From Candidatus Nanoarchaeia archaeon (GTDB lineage Archaea; Nanobdellota; Nanobdellia; Woesearchaeales; UBA583), in assembly GCA_050292425.1 (NCBI GenBank), contig JBNKLP010000005.1, positions 1-63,640 of the forward strand: a stretch of 63,640 nt of DNA. The letters run 5' to 3'. Numbering within the stretch: the stretch's first letter is position 1; each line of letters begins with the position of its first letter. Below, in pieces: positions 55,032 to 63,640 of this stretch. A program made the position numbers and the translations under genes. The notes under the pieces were generated by a model. That model searched no databases and was not told the DNA's origin. It worked only from the letters and a program-made list of their open reading frames with translations.

Positions 55032-55585
55032 TAATTTTCTTCATATGCAATTCCATCAATTTCTACTAAGAATTCCTTAATTAAATTTCCGTTAACTGTA
55101 TTTGTTGAATAACTGTAATGATTAAGATTTTTTTTCTCAAGAAATTCAATAAAACTCAATCTCTTTTCCTCATCAAAACTCTTCCAAATCTTAAATGTAA
55201 CACACTCTTCATTAACATCACAGTAATCAACTCTCAAATCTTCATCATAGGGAAATTCAAATTCATCTTTTGAAACAATTTCATTAATTCTGGAATGGAG
55301 TGGACACCCATAACAACCTCCTTTGAACTTCACCAGATTAGAACAAATTCCTGAGGGCGTAAGTGCATTGGGATCTTCATTATACCTTTCCATAAAATCT
55401 ATTAGATCTTCCTGTGTAGCATCTCTTTTTATCGTTTCAAACTCTTGAGTGTTTATCTTAATATCAAAATTTACTTTGTCTTTGCCTTGGAACTCTCTTC
55501 CACAACAACCCCAGCATGAAAGCCCAATTATTCTTAGTTGGCAAGGTACAATTTTTGATGTATCTATTTTTTTCATCTCTAGCAA
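55028..55585 (-). CDS. Cys-rich hypothetical protein (185 aa)
   Basis: The CWGCCG and GGCYGCPLH clusters loosely recall the CxxCxxCC (YkgJ-like) metal-binding family. The start overlaps the metG stop by 7 nt. Confidence 0.4.
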   Translation of the reverse strand: MLEMKKIDTSKIVPCQLRIIGLSCWGCCGREFQGKDKVNFDIKINTQEFETIKRDATQEDLIDFMERYNEDPNALTPSGICSNLVKFKGGCYGCPLHSRINEIVSKDEFEFPYDEDLRVDYCDVNEECVTFKIWKSFDEEKRLSFIEFLEKKNLNHYSYSTNTVNGNLIKEFLVEIDGIAYEENY

Positions 55586-57606
55586 ATCTTTCCTTTAATT
55601 CCTCTATCAACACTCAAATTCTTCCCACCAGCACTAACTTCCTTGCCATCAAAGAAAACCTTTTTCCCATCTGATTTGAAATCCATCTCAAAAAATTTCT
55701 CAACCTTAACTCTTGAAGAACTGTTCGCAACTTTCCCTGCACAACTCAAATACTCTCCAACTTTTGCATCACTTCCCAAAAGACCAACATTTGAATCATC
55801 ATCAAGTTCACTAACCAAAACCATCCCTTCTGATTTTACTCCCCTTAGTTTTGCAGGCTTCAAATTACAAACTACAATAACTTTTCTGTTCTTCATCTCA
55901 TCTAAATTATAATAACTTCTCAAACCTGAAACAATTTGTCTTGGCTTCTCTTCTCCTACATCAATTGTCTCAACAAACATCTTCTCAGAATCAGGATGAT
56001 TTTCAACAGAAATAATCTTACCTACTCTCAAATCAAGTGTTGCAAATCCTTGTCTCTCAAGGCTCACTTCTGCTTTACTTCCCTTAATTTTCAACTCTGC
56101 TGTTTTTGCTGAAATTTGAATCTTCTCAAACAAATTATCTTTCTCTCCAAGTTTATGTCCTGCACTAACCTCCTTGTAAGAGTTATGGCTCATTGTAAAA
56201 TTGAACTGCTCTCTCAATCTCTGAGCTTTTGAAGGCATAAATGAATCAATATAAAATGAAAACACTTTAACACTAAAAACCAAAACATTAATTATAGTAG
56301 ACAATCTTTTCATATCCTGCTCCTTCCAAGGAGCAACTCTGTTTATATAAGCATTAGTTTCTCTAATTGCCCCCCAAAGTAACTCAAGTGCCTTATTGAA
56401 TTCAAGTTTTTGCATATGCTCATCAAACCTATCAAAAATATCCAAACTGCTAATTAAATTAATTTCTTCTTCAGTAACTATCTCTTTTGCAGGAACACTT
56501 CCTGCAAAATACTTCCCAGTCATAGCATGAACCCTTGATACCAAATTACCTAAATCATTATTCAACTCATTATTAATTTTCTCAGCAAATTTAGAATATG
56601 AGAAATCCAAATCATCTCCAAATGTTCCTACACTCATAACAAAATATCTGAATTCATCAACTCCATATTTCTGAGCAACTTCAACAGGCTCAATCACATT
56701 ACCCATGGATTTTCCCATTTTCTCTCCATCAACAGTCCACCACCCATGAGCAAATACTTTCTTAGGCAAATCCATTCCAACACTCATCAAAAATGCTGGC
56801 CAGTAAACTTTATGAAACCACATTATATCCTTACCAACCACATGAACATTTGCAGGCCAAAAATCGCTTTTTTTGTTAATTTCAAGTCCAGAAACATAAT
56901 TAAAAAGAGCATCAAACCAAACATAAGTCACATGATCCTTATCAAATGGCAGTTCAATACCCCAATCAAGCGAATTTTTATGTCTGGAAATACTTATGTC
57001 CTGCAAACCTTCTTTCACCCTATTAATTGTCTCCTGAGCCTTTGAAAAAGGAGATAAAAACTCAGGATTCTTCTTATATAAATCAAGTAATTTTTTCTCA
57101 TATTTTGAAAGCCTGAAAAAATAATTTTCTTCTTTCATCTTTGTAACTTCTCTCTTATGATCAGGACAAATTTTGCCTTCAATCAACTCATCCTCTTTGT
57201 AATACCTCTCACAATCAACACAATAAAGTCCCTCATATGTATCCTTGTAAATATCTCCAGCATCATATGATTTTTGTAGCATCTTCTGAACAAATTTTTT
57301 ATGCTTTTCATCTGTTGTTCTAATAAAATAATCATTAGATATATTCATCACTTTAAGCAAATTCTTAAATTCAGGAATCAAATCATCAACAAACTCCTTT
57401 GGAGTAACTTTCTTCTTTGCAGCATTCTTTGCAACTTTTTGTCCATGCTCATCAGTCCCCGTCATAAAAAAAACATCTTTTCCTAAATTTCTATTCCATC
57501 TGGCAAGAACATCACATGCAATGGAAGTATATGCATGCCCAAGATGAGGCAAACCACTTGCATAATAAATTGGAGTTGTAATGTAAAACGTATCTTTTTT
57601 ACTCAT
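55579..57606 (-). CDS. metG: Methionyl-tRNA synthetase with a C-terminal tRNA-binding (Trbp111/EMAPII-like) domain
   Basis: PHLGHAYT (HIGH), KMGKSMGN (KMSKS), zinc knuckle CVDCERY..CPDH, C-terminal LDLRVGKI...VCNLKPAKLRGV. Confidence 0.96.
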   Translation of the reverse strand: MSKKDTFYITTPIYYASGLPHLGHAYTSIACDVLARWNRNLGKDVFFMTGTDEHGQKVAKNAAKKKVTPKEFVDDLIPEFKNLLKVMNISNDYFIRTTDEKHKKFVQKMLQKSYDAGDIYKDTYEGLYCVDCERYYKEDELIEGKICPDHKREVTKMKEENYFFRLSKYEKKLLDLYKKNPEFLSPFSKAQETINRVKEGLQDISISRHKNSLDWGIELPFDKDHVTYVWFDALFNYVSGLEINKKSDFWPANVHVVGKDIMWFHKVYWPAFLMSVGMDLPKKVFAHGWWTVDGEKMGKSMGNVIEPVEVAQKYGVDEFRYFVMSVGTFGDDLDFSYSKFAEKINNELNNDLGNLVSRVHAMTGKYFAGSVPAKEIVTEEEINLISSLDIFDRFDEHMQKLEFNKALELLWGAIRETNAYINRVAPWKEQDMKRLSTIINVLVFSVKVFSFYIDSFMPSKAQRLREQFNFTMSHNSYKEVSAGHKLGEKDNLFEKIQISAKTAELKIKGSKAEVSLERQGFATLDLRVGKIISVENHPDSEKMFVETIDVGEEKPRQIVSGLRSYYNLDEMKNRKVIVVCNLKPAKLRGVKSEGMVLVSELDDDSNVGLLGSDAKVGEYLSCAGKVANSSSRVKVEKFFEMDFKSDGKKVFFDGKEVSAGGKNLSVDRGIKGKIC

Positions 57607-57688
57607 TTTCTAGTAATTCTCATATTAGTTATTTTATAAACTTGAGCATAAACTATATAAATAATCAAAACTAGAATAAAAGCAAATC

Positions 57689-58054
57689 ATGTCAGTAATC
57701 AATAAGAAAGTAAATATTTACGCAGTTGAAATACAAAACCCGATTTCTAGAATTCTAACAAAATATTATGTTGAAGCAATATCTGGAGATTCAGAAGAAG
57801 AATGGACAAAAATTCCATTTTTTTTAGATTTAAACAAAAAATATGTTTGGGAAACAAAACTAAAAACTGACAAATTAGGATTAGTTCAGGCATGTGTTGA
57901 AAGTAAAAGAAAAACCATAGAAACAATTATCTCTCAAACACTTAACAAAATTCCAATTAAACTCAAAAAACTAGAAGGTTCAAAATATTTATATGAAATT
58001 CACACAACAAGACCTTTAAATTCAGAAGAAAAAGAAAAACTAGGAATTAATTAA
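57689..58054 (+). CDS. Hypothetical protein (121 aa)
   Basis: ORF only. Converges on metK with a 4-nt overlap. Confidence 0.35.
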   Translation: MSVINKKVNIYAVEIQNPISRILTKYYVEAISGDSEEEWTKIPFFLDLNKKYVWETKLKTDKLGLVQACVESKRKTIETIISQTLNKIPIKLKKLEGSKYLYEIHTTRPLNSEEKEKLGIN

Positions 58055-59214
58055 AGCAATTTTCTTAACTGCTCAATCTTATCCAATCTCTCCCATGTAA
58101 AATCTGCATCTTCTCTTCCAAAATGCCCATAAGCAGCTGTCTTTGAAAAAATTGGCCTTCTAAGTTGAAGTTCATCAATAATCTTGCCAGGAGTAAGAGG
58201 AAAAATCTGCTTAACAACATCAACAATACTCTCAATTGCAACTTTTTCAGTTCCACTGCAATCAATATGAATTGACGTGGGTTCAGTAACACCAATTGCA
58301 TATGAAAGTTGTACTAAACATTTATCTGCAAGTCCAGCAGCAACAATGTTTTTTGCAATGTATCTTCCTGCATAAGCTGCACTTCTATCAACTTTTGTTG
58401 GATCCTTTCCACTAAAAGCACCTCCTCCATGAGCTCCATGTCCTCCATATGTATCCACAATAATTTTTCTTCCTGTAAGACCAGCATCACCTTGAGGCCC
58501 ACCAATTACAAACTTTCCAGTTGGATTGATATGAAACTTTGTATTTTCATCCAAAAATTCTGCAGGTACAATCGGCTTTACCACATGTTCCAAAATATCC
58601 TCTCTTAATTCAGCTTGTGTAATCGTATCTGCATGCTGAGTTGAAACTACAATTGCATCAACTCTTTTTGCCACACCATTTTCATACTCAACTGTAACCT
58701 GAGTTTTTCCATCTGCTCTCAGATAAGGTAGAACATTATCCTTTCTAACCTGAGTCAACTGATAAGCAAGTCTGTTTGCCAAATCAATTGTAAGCGGCAT
58801 AAAAGATGAAGTCTCATTAGTTGCATATCCAAACATAATTCCCTGATCTCCTGCTCCTATCTCTTTTGCCTCAGCAGCATTATCATCAACACCTTGAGCA
58901 ATGTCTGGAGATTGTTGTTCAATTGCAACCAAAAGATTACAAGTCTTGTAGTCAAATCCTTTATCTGAATCATCATAACCAATCTGCTTAATCTTATCTC
59001 TTACAATTTTCTGATAATCTAATTTTGCCTTTGTTGTAATCTCTCCTAAAAGCATGATCATTCCTGTCTTTGTTGCTGTCTCGCAAGCAACTCTTGACAT
59101 AGGATCCTCTCTAAGACATGCATCCAAAACTGCATCACTAATCTGGTCGCACATTTTGTCGGGGTGCCCTTCAGTAACTGACTCACTAGTAAAAAAATAA
59201 TTATTATTAGTCAT
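58051..59214 (-). CDS. metK: S-adenosylmethionine synthetase, bacterial/eukaryal MetK type
   Basis: [56 protein letters not shown] signatures. Confidence 0.96.
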   Translation of the reverse strand: MTNNNYFFTSESVTEGHPDKMCDQISDAVLDACLREDPMSRVACETATKTGMIMLLGEITTKAKLDYQKIVRDKIKQIGYDDSDKGFDYKTCNLLVAIEQQSPDIAQGVDDNAAEAKEIGAGDQGIMFGYATNETSSFMPLTIDLANRLAYQLTQVRKDNVLPYLRADGKTQVTVEYENGVAKRVDAIVVSTQHADTITQAELREDILEHVVKPIVPAEFLDENTKFHINPTGKFVIGGPQGDAGLTGRKIIVDTYGGHGAHGGGAFSGKDPTKVDRSAAYAGRYIAKNIVAAGLADKCLVQLSYAIGVTEPTSIHIDCSGTEKVAIESIVDVVKQIFPLTPGKIIDELQLRRPIFSKTAAYGHFGREDADFTWERLDKIEQLRKLL

Positions 59215-59255
59215 AACAAATAATTTGAAATAAATATTATATAAACAGAAGTGTC

Positions 59256-59281
59256 ATAATTATTCTTTTAAGAATAATTAT
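59256..59281. promoter_or_regulatory. 26-nt palindrome ATAATTATTCTT-TT-AAGAATAATTAT upstream of the metK TATA box, overlapping the regulator gene's stop
   Basis: Perfect 12-bp arms, read directly. The metK TATA (TTTATATA) lies at 59238-59245. Confidence 0.5.
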
Positions 59282-59862
59282 CTCTTAAACAAATCACTCT
59301 TAGTAATCAATCCCAAAATCTTTCCTCTCTCTCCAACAAGAACAAACTTGGTTTTTCTATTCATAAAAATAAAACTCAAATCAATAGCACTGAATTTTGG
59401 AGGAACAATGATTGGGGATGTCTCAATATAATCCTTTACTGTATTCTTGTAAATATCTACTTTCTTTCCTATAACTCCAAGTATTGTCTTCTCATAAATT
59501 ACACCAATAAGCTCACCTCTCATCAAAACAAGCAACTGTGAATAATCATTTTCACTCATTATCTCAATTGCCTTTGAAATCTTTGTCTGAGGCGTAATTG
59601 ATATAATATTTTCAATCATAATATTTTCTGCCTTAAAATTTGAAACATTTTCTTGACTTTCAAGTGCTCTTTCAATCTTCAAAATTGTAGAATAAGTAGG
59701 ATCAATCTTTCCTCTCTCTAATTTATTTATTATGGACTGTGAAAGCCTTGCAATTTTTGCAAGTCTAATTTGAGTAAGACCTAAATAATTTCTTCTTCTC
59801 TTAAACTCTCCTGCAATCTCTAAAATTTCCTTTCTTGTAAAATCATCAGACGGTTTCTTCAT
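59278..59862 (-). CDS. XRE-type HTH regulator with a C-terminal CBS-domain pair
   Basis: LGLTQIRLAKIARLSQSIINKLERGK (HTH_3), then two CBS-like beta-alpha-beta units (ENIMIENIISI..., LGLITKSDLF). Confidence 0.75.
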   Translation of the reverse strand: MKKPSDDFTRKEILEIAGEFKRRRNYLGLTQIRLAKIARLSQSIINKLERGKIDPTYSTILKIERALESQENVSNFKAENIMIENIISITPQTKISKAIEIMSENDYSQLLVLMRGELIGVIYEKTILGVIGKKVDIYKNTVKDYIETSPIIVPPKFSAIDLSFIFMNRKTKFVLVGERGKILGLITKSDLFKR

Positions 59863-59868
59863 ATAAAA

Positions 59869-59888
59869 ATAATTATTCTTAAAAGAAT
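59869..59888. promoter_or_regulatory. Related operator-like site ATAATTATTCTT-AA-AAGAAT between the TATA box and the ATG of the XRE-CBS gene
   Basis: Matches the 59256 site at 18 of 20 positions. The core ATTCTT-AA-AAGAAT is palindromic. TTTTATAA lies at 59888-59895. Confidence 0.45.
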
Positions 59889-59984
59889 TATAAAACTTTT
59901 CTTATTGGAAAAAAATCAAATTGTATTTAATATTATGTATTATTTTAATAAGTACTCAAGTAACTTAACTCTTAATTAATATAA

Positions 59985-62597
59985 TTATTTGGTTGAGGAA
60001 AAAACTCCTCTCTCAATCTGAGCATAAATCAAATACAATATCCAAAATACAAAACCTGCTCCAAAAATAAATCCTACTTCCTCCAGACTAAGTGAGACAA
60101 CTCCAAAAAACTTTGAAAGTGGAGTGTAAATCACTGTTGCCTGTAAAATAAAAGAAACAATTATGGCAAACCAAAGCCACAAATTGGAAAATTGTCTAAT
60201 TCCATATTGTTTCCTGATTATAAATACCAAAACAATCTCATATAAAACAACAAAACAAAAAAGCATTGTTTGTGCAAATTCCAATCTTCCACTATCTCCT
60301 CCAAACATCTCAAACAACAAAAGTCCAATCAAAGAACCTACAAATCCTAAAACTCCAATCAAAGTCATCTTTTGTGCTGGCAGTATTGATTTTTCCCTAT
60401 TAGGATGCCTCTGCATAATTTGTTTGTTATAAGGATCAACAGCAAATGCTAGTGCTGGCGCTCCATCAGTAATAAGATTAATCCAAAGTAAAAGAACTGC
60501 AGTTAAAGGAAGATTAAATCCAAACAAAACTGCCAAAAAAATTATCAAAACTTCACCAACATTTCCTGAAAGCAAAAGCATGATTGACTTTTGAATATTA
60601 TCATAAATTCCTCTACCCTCTTCAATCGCATTAACAATATTTGAAAAACTATCATCAAGCAAAACAAAATCAGCTGCCTCCTTTGCAACCTCAGTTCCAC
60701 TACCAACAGCAACTCCAATATTTGCCTTCTTCAAAGCAGGTGCATCATTAACTCCATCTCCAGTCATTGCAACAGTATGTCCAAGTTCCTGCAAAGCACT
60801 AACAATTCTCTGTTTATGTTCAGGAACAACTCTTGCAAAAACATTAACCTTGTTCTTTAAAATTTTCTTCAACTGTTCATCATCAATTTCATCAATCTCA
60901 GTTCCACTCATAACACCTCCTTCAATTCCTACTTCTCTTCCAATTGCTTTAGCTGTATGCACATAATCTCCAGTAATCATAATAACTCTAATTCCTGCAT
61001 CCTTTGTCTTCTTAATACTTTCAATAACATCTTCTCTTGGTGGATCAATCATTGCCTGCAAACCAACAAACACTAAATCCTTTTCAATGAAATCCTTATT
61101 AGATTTACAATCCTTATAAGCAAAACCTAAAACTCTAAGTGCCTGCTGTGAATACTCAACATTTTTTTCATGAACTTCTTTTCTAAGTTCTTCAGTAAGT
61201 TTCTTCTTTACACCATTAATCATAATATGAGAACAAATCTTAAGCAGATTATCTGGAGCTCCCTTTGTATACATCTCCAATTTTTTTCCATTTAATACCA
61301 AAGTTGACATGAGTTTCCTACTACTATCAAAAGGAATCTCACTCAATCTCTCAACATTATCTTCCTTTAATTGAGCCTTCTTTGCACTAACAATCAAAGC
61401 TCCCTCTGTAGGATCTCCTGAAATTTGCCAAATTCCATCCTCTTTGTACAAGGATGCATTATTACAATAATAACCTATCCTAAAAATCATATGATTGATA
61501 TTTGAAGAAATATGTCCTACTGGATTATATCCTGCCCCCTCAACTTCTGCCTCTCTAACCACAGTCCACACTTTTCTAACAGTCATCTCATTTTTAGTCA
61601 AAGTTCCTGTCTTATCTGTACAAATAATGTCACAGCTTCCCAAAGTCTCAACAGAAGAAAGTTTCCTTACCAGTGCTTTCTTACTAAGCAACCTTTTAAC
61701 ACCTATTGAAAGTGCAACAGTAACAACTGCTGGCAAGGCAGTAGGAACAGCAGCAACTGCAAGTGATACAGCAACAAGTCCAAACACAAGCAAATTATCT
61801 AAAGAATATCCCTTAGTCATAATCAAAGCCAGAAAAATAAAAAGACAAATTATAATAATAACATATCCAAGTTGTTTTCCAAACAAATCCAATCTTTTTT
61901 GCAAAGGAGTCATCTCTTCTTGAGCATCCTCAATCATCGTTGCAATTCTTCCAATTTGAGTTTTCATACCAACACTTGTAACAACTGCTCTTGCAGTTCC
62001 AGAAACAATTGTTGTTGATGAAAAAAGCATGTTTTTCATATCTCCAATCCCTACCTTCTCCAAAATAACATCCTTTATTTTATTTACAGGAAGACTCTCT
62101 CCAGTAAGAGCTGCTTCCTCAACCTTTAACATATTATCATCTATAATCCTACAATCTGCAGGTACTTTATCACCAGCCTCAAGATAAACTATATCTCCGA
62201 CTGTCAAAAACTTTGCATCAATTTCTCTTAAAGAACCATCTCTAAAAACTTTTGCTTTGGATCCTCCAAGATTCTTCAAAGCCTCAAGAGATTTTTGAGC
62301 AGAATATTCCTGAAAAAAACCAATTATAGCATTAGCAAATAAAATAATCAAAATAAGAATTGCATCTGTATAATGCTCTAAAACCAAAGTCAAAACAACT
62401 GCAAACAAAAGTATATAAATAATAAAAGATTTGAATTGCTCAATAAAAATTTTCAAAGGATTAACTCTACTCTCAGACTTAATCTGGTTCAATCCATTTT
62501 TTTCCAACCTATGAGCTGCTTGAGCATTAGTTAACCCATCTTTTGAAGTTTTAATTATCTTCAAAACAGCTTCAACTTTCTGATTGTAAAAATCCAT
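59985..62597 (-). CDS. P-type cation-transporting ATPase (P2A/SERCA-like architecture)
   Basis: TGESLP, ICTDKTGTLT, MITGD, TGDGVNDAPALKKA, TM6 WINLITDGAPALA. 870 aa. Confidence 0.93.
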   Translation of the reverse strand: MDFYNQKVEAVLKIIKTSKDGLTNAQAAHRLEKNGLNQIKSESRVNPLKIFIEQFKSFIIYILLFAVVLTLVLEHYTDAILILIILFANAIIGFFQEYSAQKSLEALKNLGGSKAKVFRDGSLREIDAKFLTVGDIVYLEAGDKVPADCRIIDDNMLKVEEAALTGESLPVNKIKDVILEKVGIGDMKNMLFSSTTIVSGTARAVVTSVGMKTQIGRIATMIEDAQEEMTPLQKRLDLFGKQLGYVIIIICLFIFLALIMTKGYSLDNLLVFGLVAVSLAVAAVPTALPAVVTVALSIGVKRLLSKKALVRKLSSVETLGSCDIICTDKTGTLTKNEMTVRKVWTVVREAEVEGAGYNPVGHISSNINHMIFRIGYYCNNASLYKEDGIWQISGDPTEGALIVSAKKAQLKEDNVERLSEIPFDSSRKLMSTLVLNGKKLEMYTKGAPDNLLKICSHIMINGVKKKLTEELRKEVHEKNVEYSQQALRVLGFAYKDCKSNKDFIEKDLVFVGLQAMIDPPREDVIESIKKTKDAGIRVIMITGDYVHTAKAIGREVGIEGGVMSGTEIDEIDDEQLKKILKNKVNVFARVVPEHKQRIVSALQELGHTVAMTGDGVNDAPALKKANIGVAVGSGTEVAKEAADFVLLDDSFSNIVNAIEEGRGIYDNIQKSIMLLLSGNVGEVLIIFLAVLFGFNLPLTAVLLLWINLITDGAPALAFAVDPYNKQIMQRHPNREKSILPAQKMTLIGVLGFVGSLIGLLLFEMFGGDSGRLEFAQTMLFCFVVLYEIVLVFIIRKQYGIRQFSNLWLWFAIIVSFILQATVIYTPLSKFFGVVSLSLEEVGFIFGAGFVFWILYLIYAQIERGVFSSTK

Positions 62598-62661
62598 ACA
62601 AGTTTTTCATTTAAATAGTATTTAAAGACTTGTCTTGGCTTGCTGGTGAGAACCACAAAAA

Positions 62662-63486
62662 TTATACTTTATTCTCTCCAAAAAACTCAATATTCAAAAC
62701 TTTGCCGTTATTAACATCTATCTCAACTACTGTATTCACCTCACTTCCAAATCCCGCATTAATGCAAACTGTTTTTTTCAAACGAGTCTTCCCAAAACCT
62801 TCATGAATATGGCCTCCAACACAAAGCATTGGTTGATACTCATCAATTAACATTCTAGAGATAATTGAGCCCCAATGTTTTCCATTAAGAAAAGAATTCT
62901 CATCTTGAATTTTGTCCAGTTTAGTATTATAAGGAACATTATGAGAAATTAAAATTATTGGATTTTTTGCAGTTTTCAAATAAGATGAAAGTTTTCTAAA
63001 AACTTTTCTAAAATAACTCTCTTCCAAATCCTCTGGAGCAGAAGTTGAACCATGTCCAACAAAACTCAATTCCTTAAAATTAACTCTTCTATTTTCAACA
63101 TCTACTAAATTCTCAAAGCCTGATTTTAGTTTCTGCCATTTATCATCTCCCTTACTCTTTCCATTTTCATGAGATGTAGGCTCCCAATTTCCTGGAACTA
63201 AGAACACTGGTTTTCCAAGAGAATTCAAAAAATTTAAAACTACTTTTCCCTTTCTCAAAGATTTAACATCATACAACTTTTGTTTCCATTTTGGACATAC
63301 ATCATCAAACTCAACTAATGGATTTTCTTTTCTAAGTTCAAACAATTTCTTGTAATATATTCTAACATCATCTCCACAAAAATCTCCTGGTGCAATAATT
63401 GCATCAATACTATTCAAATCAACATGAATTTTAGGAATAACTCCATGCAAATCGCCAATAACAAGAAACCTTAGAACTTTTGACAT
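62662..63486 (-). CDS. Calcineurin-like metallophosphoesterase
   Basis: IGDLHG, PGDF, PGNWE, SHNVP, GGHIHEG motifs. Confidence 0.75.
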   Translation of the reverse strand: MSKVLRFLVIGDLHGVIPKIHVDLNSIDAIIAPGDFCGDDVRIYYKKLFELRKENPLVEFDDVCPKWKQKLYDVKSLRKGKVVLNFLNSLGKPVFLVPGNWEPTSHENGKSKGDDKWQKLKSGFENLVDVENRRVNFKELSFVGHGSTSAPEDLEESYFRKVFRKLSSYLKTAKNPIILISHNVPYNTKLDKIQDENSFLNGKHWGSIISRMLIDEYQPMLCVGGHIHEGFGKTRLKKTVCINAGFGSEVNTVVEIDVNNGKVLNIEFFGENKV

Positions 63487-63528
63487 AAAAATATCTAATT
63501 ACAATTATTTATAAGTATTTAGAAAAAG

Positions 63529-63611
63529 CGCCACGGCTCGGATTTGAACCGAGAATTCCAAAAGGAACATGATTTCAAGTCATGCGCAATACCGGATTAT
63601 GCGACCGTGGC
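63529..63611 (-). tRNA. tRNA-Ser (anticodon UGA), class II with a long variable arm and no encoded CCA
   Basis: Hand-folded. Acceptor GCCACGG/CCGTGGC. Anticodon stem CATGA/TCATG with loop CTTGAAA. Variable arm TTCC-TTTT-GGAA. T arm CTCGG-TTCAAAT-CCGAG. Discriminator G. Confidence 0.85.
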
Positions 63612-63640
63612 TTTATAGAATAAGTAAAAATAATACAAAT

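Overview
AT-rich, very gene-dense window, about 65 genes, mostly on the minus strand. It looks like a small-genome archaeon, possibly DPANN-like (inference). Archaeal markers are Hjc resolvase, aCPSF1/FttA, aIF6, the uL1-uL10(P0)-P1 stalk operon, a double Lrp/AsnC regulator and a split transketolase. Bacterial/eukaryal-type genes are also present: gyrA, metK, panD, zwf and pgl. I saw no rRNA, CRISPR array, transposase or integrase. One tRNA-Ser(UGA) sits at the right edge.

Four things stand out.
1. A cell-surface gene island (about 4.9-20.4 kb) is the best candidate for an undescribed system, possibly a host-attachment or surface apparatus. It centres on a roughly 2155-aa secreted protein made of four ~390-aa super-repeats, each with a MAM-like domain. 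Around it are a seven-blade RCC1-like propeller protein, a tail-fibre-like protein, a Cys-pair repeat protein, a membrane anchor candidate and a sequon-dense 605-aa protein that shares the giant protein's C-terminal module.
2. A near-complete oxidative plus non-oxidative pentose-phosphate pathway is clustered here (gnd, rpe, zwf, pgl, tal, rpiB, plus glk and tkt at 2-4.8 kb). It includes an Rpe::dual-specificity-phosphatase fusion and three unassigned genes packed into the operon.
3. An XRE-HTH/CBS regulator sits next to metK, and related ATTCTT-NN-AAGAAT palindromes mark both promoters.
4. A 27-nt perfect palindrome abuts the giant gene's ATG.

All calls come from reading motifs by eye. No database searches were run.
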